Below, piece by piece: positions 1 through 14,085 of a stretch of DNA of 64,000 nt. The position numbers and the translations under genes are program-made. The stretch comes from Octopus sinensis (taxonomy: Eukaryota). Where the stretch lies: positions 47,926,001-47,990,000 of the forward strand of contig NC_043001.1 of the NCBI RefSeq assembly GCF_006345805.1, given 5' to 3'. The notes below the pieces were generated by a model, which saw only the letters and a program-made list of their open reading frames with translations, was not told the origin of the DNA and made no database searches. Numbering within the stretch: the stretch's first letter is position 1; each line of letters starts with the position of its first letter.

Positions 1-181
1 TTGTTATCAGAATTTATTTATTTATTTATTTATTTATCTATTTGTTTATTTATGCTAGTCTGGAAAAAATAGAAATAAACGACTTCATTATTTTATCGCT
101 ATACTAGTTTACAGAAAATATTTTTGGATCTACGATAACTATACCTAGACGAGTATGTGTAGGTACATATGTTTATATGCA

Positions 182-221
<40 letters not shown>

Positions 222-439
222 TATATAAACGCGCATACATGTATATGTATATAAACATGCGTATTCAGTTTGTGTATGTCTATATAATAATGATAACAGC
301 AACAATAAAGTATATATATTTACAATATATGTATCTGTGTTTGTGTGTGTATTTGTGAAAGCTTGTGCTTGGATGTCTTACTTGTACGCATATGTGTGTG
401 TGGTATATATATTATATATATATATTAAATATATATATA

Positions 440-479
<40 letters not shown>

Positions 480-1531
480 TATATTATATATATATATATA
501 TATATTCATATATATATATACATATATGTATAGTATATATATATTTGCATTGATGTATGTATGTACGTACGTGTACGTATGTATGTATGTATGTATGTGT
601 AAATGAATATACTTATGTTAGTAAACAGACAGTTTTTCAGTGAAGATTGTTTTGGTGTTAAAACCAAAATTACCGAAAGTACGTGATCAAGAGCTTTAAT
701 ATCGTGACATCGTTTCATTCTGGACTCCCCACGGGTCCTCTCTAGAAAAAATTACGTGATGTTTTGTTTCCTAGAATTATTGGTGCTGCTTTGAGAACAA
801 AATGGCGTCGATTAAGTATATATATTATATCATAAAGTATAATATATCATTTCCTATGTTTATATACTCGAGGTTCTTCTTGGCATAGTTAACCCAGCTT
901 AAATACTATCAGACGTGTGTATATTGTTAACCTATCTCATGTACGTAATCTCAACGATTGAACCCAAAACAAGGTAGTTACGAAGCAACTATTTTAATGA
1001 TACAACGAACCGTGAAATTAAGTTTATTCACCATAGAGCACTCCATGCTTATATCAACTAATTATTTCTCCAATTTCACCCACAATGTCACGACAAATCA
1101 AGAAAAGGTGCCTCTGTGGGTCCGCTCAATCTTCTAGAATCCACATCTGAATCTTCTTCAATCAATATATACTATTATTTTTTTTTATTTAAAAAAAATA
1201 CACACTTGATAATGTAGTTTTTGATACAGAAAAAGGTGAGATAGTTATTATTGAACACCATTGATCATGTCTCTTCGATGAAGACGGCCTCTGGGATAAA
1301 TAAAAACAATATCATTGAATTTAAAGATTTATTAATAAACAAGTATAGTACCCGTCAAAAATGAAAGGAGTTTATCTCTGCTTCCTTTCAGAGACTTATT
1401 GTTTTTGCTTGAAGCCTTACTCTATTTGTTTCATGCTTCATTTTGAATTATTTGCTTTTCTAATTCCGTTAGCATCCACTCATTCTTCATTGTCCTTATT
1501 GAGTTACTTCACTATTTCTTCCTTTCCTTCC

Positions 1532-1533
1532 TG

Positions 1534-1606
<73 letters not shown>

Positions 1607-1626
1607 ATATATATATATATATATAT

Positions 1627-1658
<32 letters not shown>

Positions 1659-1674
1659 CAACTATCTATCTATA

Positions 1675-1720
<46 letters not shown>

Positions 1721-1773
1721 ACTATCTATCTATCTATCTATCTATTTATCTATCTATATATATATCTATCCAA

Positions 1774-1833
<60 letters not shown>

Positions 1834-1845
1834 TTATCTATCCAA

Positions 1846-1878
<33 letters not shown>

Positions 1879-1905
1879 CATCCATCCAAATATCTATCTA
1901 TCTAG
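1532..1905. repeat. (TCTA)n/(TA)n microsatellite, representative of dozens in the window
   Basis: Direct inspection. Confidence 0.97.
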
Positions 1906-2174
1906 CTAGCTAGCAATCTCTCTATCTGTCTGTCTGTCTGTCTCACTCTCTCTCTCTCGCTCTCTCTCTCTCTCATTGTATATATATATATGTATGTATG
2001 TATGTATATATGTATGTGTGTGTGTGTGTGTGTTTGGGTATGTGTGTAAGTATTAGAGTCGATCTATCAATCCATCCATTTATCATTGTACACACACGTT
2101 TCGCAGCACAAACTGCAGAATCAGAATTCAACGCGTGAATATTTATTTGTGTATGTCTGTGTGTGTGTGTGTGT

Positions 2175-2252
<78 letters not shown>

Positions 2253-4079
2253 TATATATATATAAACGATGGTATTTTGCAAAGTGTACATGTATCATTC
2301 TATCTTTCTTCCAATCAAATTGTCTCTGCATGCCTACTTTCTATTTCATAACCTTGTATTCCTCCTTCCCTATCACACACGGATTATCTCTCCCTCTCCG
2401 TATGTTTACCTATATGTCTTTCTGTCTATATTTTATTCTAACTAATTTTCGCTTAGTTCTTCATGCTCTGATATTTGATAGAATTACCTCACTAATTTTC
2501 TCTTTGCTATAGTAGAATATGCTCTGTCTTCTTTTCACCTCTGCTCCTTTAGTTGTGCTTTCCTTTCCTCACTTTTTCGTCCCTCCCCTCTACATTTAAC
2601 TGTCTGCTTGCATGAATGCCTGTTCCAGAAGTTGTTTATTTCTACTCTATGTATTTATTTATCTACTCTACAACTCTTTATAGTGATGTATCATAAAATC
2701 GTAAATAAATGTCTAATAGAAAACTATTTAAAAACAAATATTTTTGCTTGCTTTGCCGGTGGACCACATATACAGTCTGCTCTCTTCGATTGGTCACATG
2801 ATATAGCGTGTTGTCTGCACAACGTATCGTCACACTGTCATCTTTTTCTCTCTTCATCTAAATCTCTCGTTTCCTCATTCAGCAGTCTCTCACACACTCT
2901 TTGCCTCAATTAAAAGGGGTTTTTTTTACGGTTTCTAATCATATATACATGTCATATACACATATTTGATTTTATGATATATGTTATTCATAAGCACAAT
3001 ATCCGATCATAAATATGCATTGATACATCGCTGTATATTCACATATTTTTTCTTTGTTGCTGACTTGCTTTTATTTTCTAAACAATCCTGCTTTATCTCA
3101 CAATATTCGTGATCACAAAACATACGTTTTAATGCAATGAATTCAAATATCACATTTATTCTTTCATTCGATTTTTGTTTATCATATCAGTAACCTACAA
3201 CAATAATGAAAAATATCAACAAAAGACTTCACAATAAATGAACAAACAAAACAGAAAGAATTTATTATAATAACAACAATGATAACAATAATAATAGAAA
3301 TAATATATTTTTTTATTTGCCACAGGGCTCGAAGAAATACAGAGAATGCAAAACGAGACAACATTAAACAAAGAACCTACAAAGACATGTAGAGTGAGAT
3401 GGATAAGTTATACAAAAATGAGGGGAGGAATGATAGACGTTATACAATATATAATTGTACGAATTAAAAATTTATCAAAGAAAATCACAAAAATTTACAC
3501 TGAATGAATGAAACAAAGTATGATTACATACATAAAATTAAAACAAAATATCTATACAAAATATAAACATGTACTTAGATCAGCGAACATTGCATTCTTC
3601 TCTAATACTTTCATGTGTTGTTTAAAAACTAACGATTCCCGAGATTCTTCGCTGATGAACTTTTCGCTTAAAATGGGTAAATAGGGGCTCACAGTCTCTG
3701 GATTGTTGATAAATAAAAATTTTGAAATTATTATCTGGACTTTATATTGATATTCTGTCCTTTTTCTGCTGTTTAAAATGTTTTTCTTCTCCGTTTGTGC
3801 TTTTCCTGCAAATTTCAAGTGTATATCATGTAAGACACATATCAGCGAAAGGTTGCGAATTTCATTTCTTTCTGGGAGGAGGCCGGTTTTCCCTTCAAAC
3901 GTTATTGTTTCTCTTTCCTATACAATTTCCTCCTCGGTGGTGAGTACTTCCACTTCTCGGGAGGTTTACTACTTCTTGCCGTTTACATTACATTTTTGTT
4001 TTCTTTGGAGATTCGCCGTTTTTTGATGATGTCCGTCTATTTCCGGTCTCCATCTGACCTTCATCTTTATAAATAAATG

Positions 4080-4337
4080 GGGTGGTACAACAAGACAAAT
4101 CAGGGAACTGGACCCTGAAACGCTTACAGGTGTCATGGAACATATTTTGGAAACGGCACGAATGTGTGAAACTGAAGATGGGTGCCGTTTAAAAGATGTT
4201 ATTTTTCATGCATCTGTGCACTAATGCAAACTAATATCCATTATCTCCTCTATACTGAAGTATAATTTCATAGACCTGTTGGTGAAACTAAGTAAGTTAT
4301 TAAAAATTAAAACCCCTCAGTGATTTTGGCCACCCTG
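4080..4337 (+). mobile_element. Tc1/mariner (DD41D-type family) 3' fragment with right TIR
   Basis: IRELDPETLTGVMEHILETARMCETEDGCRLKDVIFH; ends TTTTGGCCACCCTG|TA; same family as 6298-6845. Confidence 0.75.
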
Positions 4338-4345
4338 TATATATA

Positions 4346-4574
4346 TAAGAGGGGCTTTGTGTCTAAATAGTTTACATAAAAGTGTTCAAAATAGATAGTA
4401 GAATAAATTTACAATTATTTATAAGTTCATAAAAAATCATGACTGTATATAAGCATATATACAATCATTATATATAATCATGATTTTTGATGAACTTATA
4501 AATAATTATGCATTTATTTTACTACCTATTTTGAACAATTTTATGTAAACTGTTTAAACACAAAGTTCCTCTTA
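4346..4574. repeat. AT-rich foldback palindrome (~107-bp arms, 15-nt loop)
   Basis: TAAGAGGGGCTTTGTGTCTAAATAG... mirrored by ...CTGTTTAAACACAAAGTTCCTCTTA; about a dozen mismatches. Confidence 0.9.
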
Positions 4575-4804
4575 ACATTTTCTTATCATTATCAAAGATT
4601 TTAACACTGTATTTTTATACATCTATGTTAACCATTTCTTAACAGCACAAAGCCCTACATCTTACTTTCGAAAATCTTATTTTAAAAAAGTGAAACCGGT
4701 CAATTCAATAAACATCTTTATAAGACCTCTTCATTTTCAAATCCTCTTCCCTATATATTTTCACACGTGAAACAGCTTCCAATTTTACTTCGTTATATGC
4801 ATAC

Positions 4805-5122
4805 ATATATACATATATTGTTTGTTCCTTCTCAAGCCATGCCTGGCTCATAAGGGCCGATTTCCCGGTTTCCTTGGCGTATAGGTTTCCCACCTGGACG
4901 GGACGCCGGTCCGTCGCAGCTGAGCTGCAAGATGCAGGAGGAAAGAGTGAGAGAAAGTGGTGGCGAAAAAGTCATCAGAAGTTCACTATTACCTTCTGCC
5001 TGAGTCGCGTGGAGCTTAGGTGTTTCGCTCATAAATATACACATCGCCCGGTCTAAGATTCGAACGCGCGTTCCCTCGACCGCAAATCCGCTGCTCTAAC
5101 CACTAGGCCATGTGCCTCCACC
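4805..5122 (-). mobile_element. tRNA-headed SINE, family C
   Basis: Minus GGAGGCACATGGCCTAGTGGTTAGAGCAGCGGA...GCGTTCGAATC head. Confidence 0.85.
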
Positions 5123-5244
5123 ATATACATATATACATATATACATACATGCATATATATATACATATATACATATATACATATATACATATACATACAC
5201 TCACACACACATATATTATATATATATATATATAATATATATAT

Positions 5245-5287
<43 letters not shown>

Positions 5288-5309
5288 ATATACATACATA
5301 TATATATAC

Positions 5310-6277
<968 letters not shown>

Positions 6278-6297
6278 TATATATATATATATATATA

Positions 6298-6845
6298 AAG
6301 GGTGGCCAAAGTCACTGATGGTTTTCATTTTTAATGATTCCCACATTTTTACAAATAGCTCTATGATATTTTAATTCAATATAGAAGAGATAATGGAGAT
6401 TAATTTGCATTAGTATTTTTTCATCATAGCACTGCGTTATGTATGAGAAATGACATCTTTTAAACGGCATCCATTTTCAGCTCCACACATCCCTGCCATT
6501 TCCAATGTATGTTCCATGACAGTTGTAAGGTTTTCAGGGCCCAGTTCCCTGATTTCTCTTATGACATTCTCCCTCAATTGTTCCTGGGTCTCTGGTTTGT
6601 TGACAAAGACCTTCTCCTTGAGATACTCCACCAGTCAGGGCTGGTCACGTCTGGGGAACACGATGGCCAGTTGACATCGCAGTAGCGACAGATGATTCTG
6701 TCTCCAAAATATTGCTTCAGCATTTGTATTGTCTCTCTTGCAGTATGAGCAATTGCTTCATCTTGCTGGACCCACATATCGGGTCTATTTTGAATGGCTG
6801 GGTGCAAAAAGTTCTCGATCATAGATTGTACCACTCACCAGTCAC
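6298..6845 (-). mobile_element. Tc1/mariner DD41D (rosa/VS-like) 3' half, frameshifted
   Basis: WVQQDEAIAHTARETIQMLKQYFGDRIICRYCDVNWPSCSPDVTSPD has 41 residues between the second and third Asp; YLKEKVFVNKP follows; TIR plus TA at 6296. Confidence 0.85.
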
Positions 6846-6873
6846 ATATGTCATATATACATATATATACATA

Positions 6874-6927
<54 letters not shown>

Positions 6928-7489
6928 TACGCATATATATATATATATATAATATATATATATGTGTGTGTGTGTGTATATTTGTATGTATGTACACATG
7001 TATATATGTATGCACGAACGTACGTATGTGTGCGTATGTTTATTTGTATGAATGTTACTTACACTTATAGTTCGACTATCTTGAAGTCGTTTTATTTTGA
7101 ATGAAAAATAAGATTAGTGAGTGAACAAAGCTGGCGGCATCAGGTTAATCTAAAAAAAATAGCGAAAGCAAAAACAGTTATATACATGAAAAGGAATAAA
7201 TAGACAAAGATATTCTTGAGTCTCTCAAGAAGAGCAGAATCAATAAGAACTTAATTAAGAATCAACGGAGGCGGGTTATTTTTCTCCATAAATATACGAA
7301 CGTTTGTGAAATCACGTGCTCACTTCAAGAACACGAAGCACCACCCAGTCCAGGAATTGAGAGTTAATTTTCTCCATAAATATACGAACATTAGTTGTAG
7401 TTTTGTTATTTTTTCTTAGAATATGATTGTAAAATGTGCGTGCACATATTATTTTTGTAACCATACATCAATCTTGGGCATCAATGTCT

Positions 7490-7718
7490 CGTGGACCAGG
7501 GCTGGCAGGACTGGTTACCCCGTTTCCATAGAGTAGACGTTACCAAGGTCACAATTCCACCCCTGACTGGACAACACTCCGTTGCAGAGTTATTCAGTTT
7601 TACCTACGTTGCCTAAAGCAACGTGAAATCACGTGCTTTCTTCAAGAACACGAGGCACCATCCATTCCGGGAATTGAGACCACAGTTTTGCGATTGTTAG
7701 TGAATCACCCTAACCACC
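7490..7718 (-). mobile_element. SINE-like repeat, family D, with partial duplicate at 7290-7365
   Basis: tRNA-like GTGGTTAGGGTGATTCAC...GGTCTCAATTCC head; GTGTTCTTGAAG body duplicated upstream. Confidence 0.55.
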
Positions 7719-8384
7719 ATCCCACGCATCTTCACAGTGACCATGTACTTCTCTGTGTTGTAAAATCTGTACCTTTAGATTATCCAGTATTATTGCCGGA
7801 TACTGGCTATCCATTACCGGCAATGCCAAGTTTAACCTGATACCATTTTTGTACTTTTAACGCATCAAATTTAAAGTAAACGCTTATCTTTTTGCCTTAG
7901 GTTGGATGATACAGTCTGTGTTTTGTATTGTTTGTCTTCTTTTGAGAGGAGAAACGGAATCTGTAGTGTGATGATATGCTTTACATAACTATCACATCTG
8001 AGAAGAGTGTATGTGTGTATGTGTGTATGTGTGTGCGTGCGTATGTGTGCGGTTGTTTATGTGTGTTCTTTAATAGATGTTGTCTGATCGCCGTCATTTG
8101 TAATACATTAATGTCTGAATGCAAATACCTCAAGACATTAATCTAGACATTAATATAATACATTAATGTCTAGATCAATAATATTTGACAAGGAAATCAA
8201 TGTATTACGAAGTTATCCTTCAGCATTTGTCTCATCTTCCAGCTTCATTCGCCGATGGTTACTCAGTGTTAAATGATGGAAAACTTAAACGATTGACAGA
8301 CAACACTATTTCGGGACAAATACAATACAGATTGTCGACAAGACGGGCACCGATAACGTGGCGTTTGCGAAAGACAAAATATTG

Positions 8385-8589
8385 GTTTCAAATTTTGGCA
8401 CCACGCCGGCAATTTCGGGAGAAGCGGTTAAGTCGATTACATCGACCCCAGTGGTTGACTGGTACCTATCTTATCGATCTCGAATAGATGAAAAGTCGAC
8501 CTCGGTGGAATTTTAACTCAGAACGTAAAGACGAACGAAATGCCGCTAAGCATTTTGCCCAGCATACTAATAATTCTACCAGCTCGCAG
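8385..8589 (-). mobile_element. tRNA-headed SINE, family A
   Basis: Head GCGAGCTGGTAGAA (A box), GAGTTAAAATTCCACCGAGGTCGAC (B box region), tail TTTGAAACC. Confidence 0.85.
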
Positions 8590-8719
8590 CTCTCAAAGGA
8601 CAAAATATTAATACGAAACCTTTTCAAGCAATCTGAGAACCTAATGTAAGCCATCGCCAGACGGTTATCCTTGTCTTGGCCTTCCCGATCCCAAAATTGC
8701 TCACGGAACTTTTTTTTTT

Positions 8720-9078
8720 TAATGAATCAAAACATTAGATATTAAACCAGAAAATGGCAGGAGGGATACAGAGCTGTGCTCAGCTCTACTCTGATCTGAA
8801 CCAGGTAAAGACCTCCACTCTGGATTGTAGGATTACCGAATCTTTTTCATTGTTTAAATTAAATATTGTTTAAATTAAATATTGTTTTTTATATATATTT
8901 TACTACTTATGTTCTGTTTCTCTATGTTTTTTTAATGGTCCTTCACACATTTCTCTTGTTCTTTCTTTAAAACTTTGCTACCGTCTCAGCTATAACGTTG
9001 GAGCCATAGTAAACCGTTACAACACTTACCTAGCGTACCTAATCGTTTAGATCACCTGTGAACTAAACCCCTATATTT
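8720..9078 (-). mobile_element. Second copy of the 5310-5750 repeat family, inverted
   Basis: Shared GTTTAGTTCACAG(G)TGATCTAAAC.ATTAGGTACGCTAGGTAAGT segment. Confidence 0.55.
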
Positions 9079-9091
9079 TGTATATATGTGC

Positions 9092-9142
<51 letters not shown>

Positions 9143-9179
9143 TGTGTGTGTGTGTGTTACTGGTGAAAGCCGGTTTATA

Positions 9180-9930
9180 AGGTTTCCCTGAGTTTCTCGC
9201 CGTAACAGGTACCTTTATGGCAAATCTCCAGCAGTAACAACAGCAACAACAACACCAACGATAGCAGCAAAAGCAACAGGAATAATAGGCACGACACCAA
9301 TTCTACGCATCCAAGGAAATACATTGGATACGCGGGAACTTCCTTTAAGAAACGTCATTCAAACTATAGATCCTCCTTCAAAGTCCTGGAAAGGAGATAT
9401 GTAACATCGCTGGTCAGCCATATCGAACAACTGAAGGAAGATGGAATTCCATACTCGGTATCATGGAAAATCCTTCAGCGTCAGGGTTCGCACATAAATG
9501 GAACGAAACGATGCATGCTATGCGTAGCCGAACGCATGGAAATCCTGAAAACCTCGCACGTACCAAGGACCATACTGAACTCCTGAACAGAGATTTTCGT
9601 GACACGCTTACATTTCAGGAAATTCCTGTTAGCGTTTTGGGCACCACACAATAGCGATAATAGTGGTATTAGCGATAATTACACCACAGCTGGAAATTGA
9701 TGGCTGATGAGAGTGAGAGATAACCCCTACCCTTTGCCCTCATAGCCGACACGTTGCGTAGCTGACGGAGGACGACACAGCCGGAAGCCGATGACCTGCA
9801 GCTTAGTGCATGCTTTTTCTATGGGTATAAGTATTTCATTTATGTCTTACGTATTTATCGCTGAGGAGGAGAAAATTCTTATGAATTAACTCTGAAATTA
9901 GGACCAATACGGTAATAACGGAATTTTTTA
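9180..9930 (+). mobile_element. Penelope-like retroelement 3' fragment (GIY-YIG endonuclease) with degenerate hammerhead-like motifs downstream
   Basis: From about 9308: HPRKYIGYAGTSFKKRHSNYRSSFKVLERRYVTSLVSHIEQLKEDGIPYSVSWKILQRQGSHINGTKRCMLCVAERMEI...RKFLL, with one internal stop; CTGAGGA..GAAA at 9861-9897. Confidence 0.8.
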
Positions 9931-10056
9931 GAAATTTCTATCGGTTTGTTTCGAGACGCATATTAATTGTGATAAATTATAATGGTTATTGACAATTTGT
10001 CTATTCGGCATATTTGGCATTAGAATTTTTTTCTTTTGCCCTTATTTTATAAGTTA

Positions 10057-10092
<36 letters not shown>

Positions 10093-10495
10093 TGTATGTA
10101 TGTATGTATGTATGTATGTATGTTTGTTTGCGTGCTTATGACTAATGAGAGCTTTAATTATTGATAAAAATGCCTTGCCGATATTTGTTACACCTCTTTA
10201 AATTCTGACTTCGAATCCCATCAAAGTCATCTTTGCCATTCATCAATTCTGGTCGATAGAATAAGTACCAGTTAAGTACTGGTGTTGATGTAATCCACTA
10301 GCACGCCCTTCACATCTTAGGCTATCTGTCTTTAGATGTCGCTTGAAGTAAATTTGTTTCATCATCGCCTTTTAATGAAATAGGGCGTGATTTGGAAGCA
10401 TTTGGCTGTATGTCTCTTTTTAAGAGAATTTTGGTTACCTATCCCTTTCCAAAATGATAGGGCGTGATTTGGAAGCATTTGGATCAATTTGGATG

Positions 10496-10988
10496 TATAC
10501 CCATCATGACTACCCATCGGATAAGGTTATACCAGGCATATGTATCACAAACATATGTGCGCAACATGATCTCATATCAAGATAAACAGCGCACGACCTT
10601 GAAAGTGGGGCCCACTTAGAATTTTCTTCGGGTCGAGTAATCCATCTCGCTTAAAAGTTCCCTGAATCAGGTATGTTTAAAGATGTTGAACGAAACACCT
10701 ATGTTTTCAGAGGTGAACTATTCAAACACCAAAGAAACCCTCTTAACAATACATGGCTATGATGCCCCTCTACTATGCCTGCTCATGAGCAGTGACGCAC
10801 ATATCGTCGGCCATTAAGGAACATGCTCAACTGCTTAAGATGAAGCAACTGACAGGCAAATCTCTGGTATTGAGCAGATTATTTGCTGTAACCCATCTTT
10901 TATACCAAGACAAAACATGTACATGATAACACTTGCAATCAATTAAGTTCAAAAGTCATGAGAGCCAGTGCCTGACACTGCATCAGGG
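10496..10988 (-). mobile_element. Copy of the (TAA)n-associated 555-bp repeat
   Basis: Reverse-complement match to 49193-49690; abuts (ATT)n at 10992. Confidence 0.8.
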
Positions 10989-10991
10989 TGT

Positions 10992-11006
10992 ATATTATTA
11001 TTATTA

Positions 11007-11048
<42 letters not shown>

Positions 11049-11065
11049 CATTATTATTATTATTA

Positions 11066-11109
<44 letters not shown>

Positions 11110-11122
11110 GTTGTTGTTGTTG

Positions 11123-11182
<60 letters not shown>
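10992..11182. repeat. (ATT)n/(GTT)n microsatellite
   Basis: Direct inspection. Confidence 0.97.
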
Positions 11183-11183
<1 letters not shown>

Positions 11184-12139
11184 GTTTTATATTTAGAGAG
11201 TTATTTTTGTTTCGGTTTTAGAGTAGCAGAAAGGATACCTAGTTCATAAAAATACAATATTAGAATCATGTGAATTAACCACTAATAACAATAATAATAA
11301 CATCCCAACAACAACAACAACAATAACAACAGCAGCAATAACAACAATGAAAGAAACGTTACCAGTTAATGCATATTTATGTTCATCTCCATTTCAATGG
11401 CGTCTGATTCAGACGTTATTAGTTTATTTTCATCTCGGGCATAATTCAAATTCCTTTGTATACCAACGTTCTTTCACGAAGAAGAAGAAGAAGAAGAAGA
11501 AGAATTTGATGACATTGTCGATGATTATGATAAAGAAGATGACGAAGACCAATTTTAGTTGCAGTGACAAGAGCATAGCAATACTGCATGCTTCTGATCA
11601 TAACGATAATGCTGCTGCTGTCGCTTATGATGATGATGATAGTGTTGATGGTGATGATCTACATAAGATAGTCACACACTTGTCTATCAGTCGTTCTATC
11701 GAGACAGTACTATACAGCTACTTTATGAAAAATACTTGAAGCAACAGGCACCGATTGTACTCATTTGCATATCCATACATTAGTCTCAATATTTCAGTTA
11801 ATTAATACGCATCGCTAAAGAATGTACAGATATGCAAATGAGTAAAATAAAACCGTACTTTCTCTCTCTCCCTCTCTTTCTCTTTCTCTTGTTCTCTCTA
11901 TAAAATGAACTAACGAAAATAGGCACTCCCAACGATGCCAATTAACATGTTTTTAATGCTAGAACTAGTAGATTTTTAAATCAGTTTAACAGGAATTTTT
12001 TAAAATTTGTATTTAGCTGAGCATCTAGGATTTTTCAAATTAAATTACTACATTTATCATTTTATAGATACACTCACACACACACACACACACACCATAC
12101 GTACAGAAACACACACACACATAAAGATTCACACACACA

Positions 12140-12191
<52 letters not shown>

Positions 12192-12811
12192 TATATAAAT
12201 AAGGATAATTTTAATAATTTTAATATATGTGTGTGTGTACAGGGAGAGAAAAGAGTATTGCAGTTTTCTTGAAGCATTGCGGAATATATTGAAAAATAGT
12301 GTTATATGTAATATTATAGTATTATAAAGTCGATCGGATATACTATATAATAACAATGATATTGAAACGTTACCTCAAAAATATTTAAACAGTCCCAAGA
12401 ATTCGACCCACCGACATAATTCTCTTTCTATCACCCTTACCCTTCTCGCTCTCCCTCATCCGTCTCTCTCTCTCCCTCCTTCCCTCTCTCTCTCCCTCCT
12501 TCCCTCTCTCTCTCCCTCCTGCCCCCCTCTCTCTCACTCTCTCTTGTTCCTTTCTTACCCGTGTAAAGGTGTGTTCTGAACTTGAAATATTAGGATTAAA
12601 TATTTATAAGGTAACGTTATAAGATTTTTAAATAGAATACATTTCAATAATAAGATTAAACATCTCGATATTATTATTATGGTTATTTCTTGTGTTTAAT
12701 GTTTGATCTACGCTACTATCGACTTCTATACCACATACACACACACATAAACACACATACACATACATACATGAGTGTATGAGTGTTTGTATGCATATAT
12801 GTACATACACA

Positions 12812-12894
<83 letters not shown>

Positions 12895-13384
12895 TGTGTG
12901 TGTGTGTCTGTCTGTCTGTCTGTCTGTCTGTGTGTGTACACACGTACATATATGTATATAATTAACTTAATTCAGGAAAAGTGAAGCCAGATCGTTGTTA
13001 GGTACGTTTATGTAAATTATCGTCATTTATTTTCCATATTGCATAATTTTGTAGGTCATATGAAGCAAATGACATTCATTTATGGAAACGTATGTAAGTA
13101 GCATCGATGTGTTTTCTCTTTTCTTGATTTACATTAGGTATTATTCATTCTGTGAAGATTATAACGTGCTTACTGGGTATACTTACCTTGGATTCGAGAA
13201 GAGCTCCTTTTATCATTAATTGAAGTTCTACCATCGATTTTTGGAGCACTACTCTAGCGAGGATCATCTATGATAAGGTGATCGCCCGGATTAAACTCAT
13301 ACACTCAATTATTGTACATATACACATGCATGCTTACATACATATATAGATAAAAAAGATATATTTATAAGTCATGGGCTAATG

Positions 13385-14085
13385 AGGATCATGGTGCACC
13401 CCTCTTGTGATTTACTTTGATGGATATTTTTTATGTAGCCCTGGGATGGAAGATACATTTTGACCACACCCACTTTTATAGCTTCTGTTTTGCAGTGCTG
13501 AGCTCATAGTTATCCTTAATCGACTTGAACTTTGTGAGAGCTGCTCATTTCTCCTTGAACTTGAGACAGCATTGGCCGTAAATGTTGACAGTACCTCGAG
13601 CTTACTGCCTCCCAGTATCATTCGAAATCCACCTTCTCCCTCAGTGCTCCATTTAGACTTTGACAACTTTAATGTGTTTGTCAATGATCTGTATGGAGCT
13701 AGACGTGTCCATCGAGCGCATGAGATTATGCTTCATGGGTTCGATCCAGATCAAGGGGGAAATGTTGGAGGAACACAGTCAGCTATGAAAAACATAAGAA
13801 CAGGGCAGATATCACTGAAATTAGTGCTCGAGCAAGCTCTTCCAGAGTGTAAAAATTGGAAAACGCAAGTCTCCACAATTTGAGGTAGTCAACAAGTTGA
13901 TTGCTGATGGTGAAAGAGCAATTGCAAGAGAGGTACAGAGAAATCTCTGGATCATCGTTCGCCTGCACAGTGCTGTTAGAAAGCAGATAGTACCCGGCTG
14001 GGGAGGATATGTTTTACTGACTGGAGACGCTTCTGTACAACTGACAAACATTGAGTATTTTCCGATCATACCTCACCCAATCATT
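13385..14085 (+). mobile_element. Decayed Academ-like DNA transposase fragment
   Basis: DIFYVALGWK...LFCSAELIVILNRLELCESCSFLLELETALA...LHLDFDNFNVFVNDLYGARRVHRAHEIMLHG...PGWGGYVLLTG...TNIEYFPIIPHPI, with stops; family assignment from recalled motifs only. Confidence 0.55.

Noticed and set aside
3500-4030. Possible L1-like remnant on the minus strand (also 21960-22320)
   Set aside because: Only vague ORF1-like resemblance with many stops; not supportable without a search.
9700-9780. CTGATGAG...AGCCGACACGTT as an intact hammerhead
   Set aside because: GAAA is GACA, the CTGATGA overlaps the only good stem, and no stem I partner was found.
13179-13190. ATACTTACCT match to the U1 snRNA 5' end
   Set aside because: Only 10 nt; it is simply the complement of a donor site and the rest of U1 is absent.
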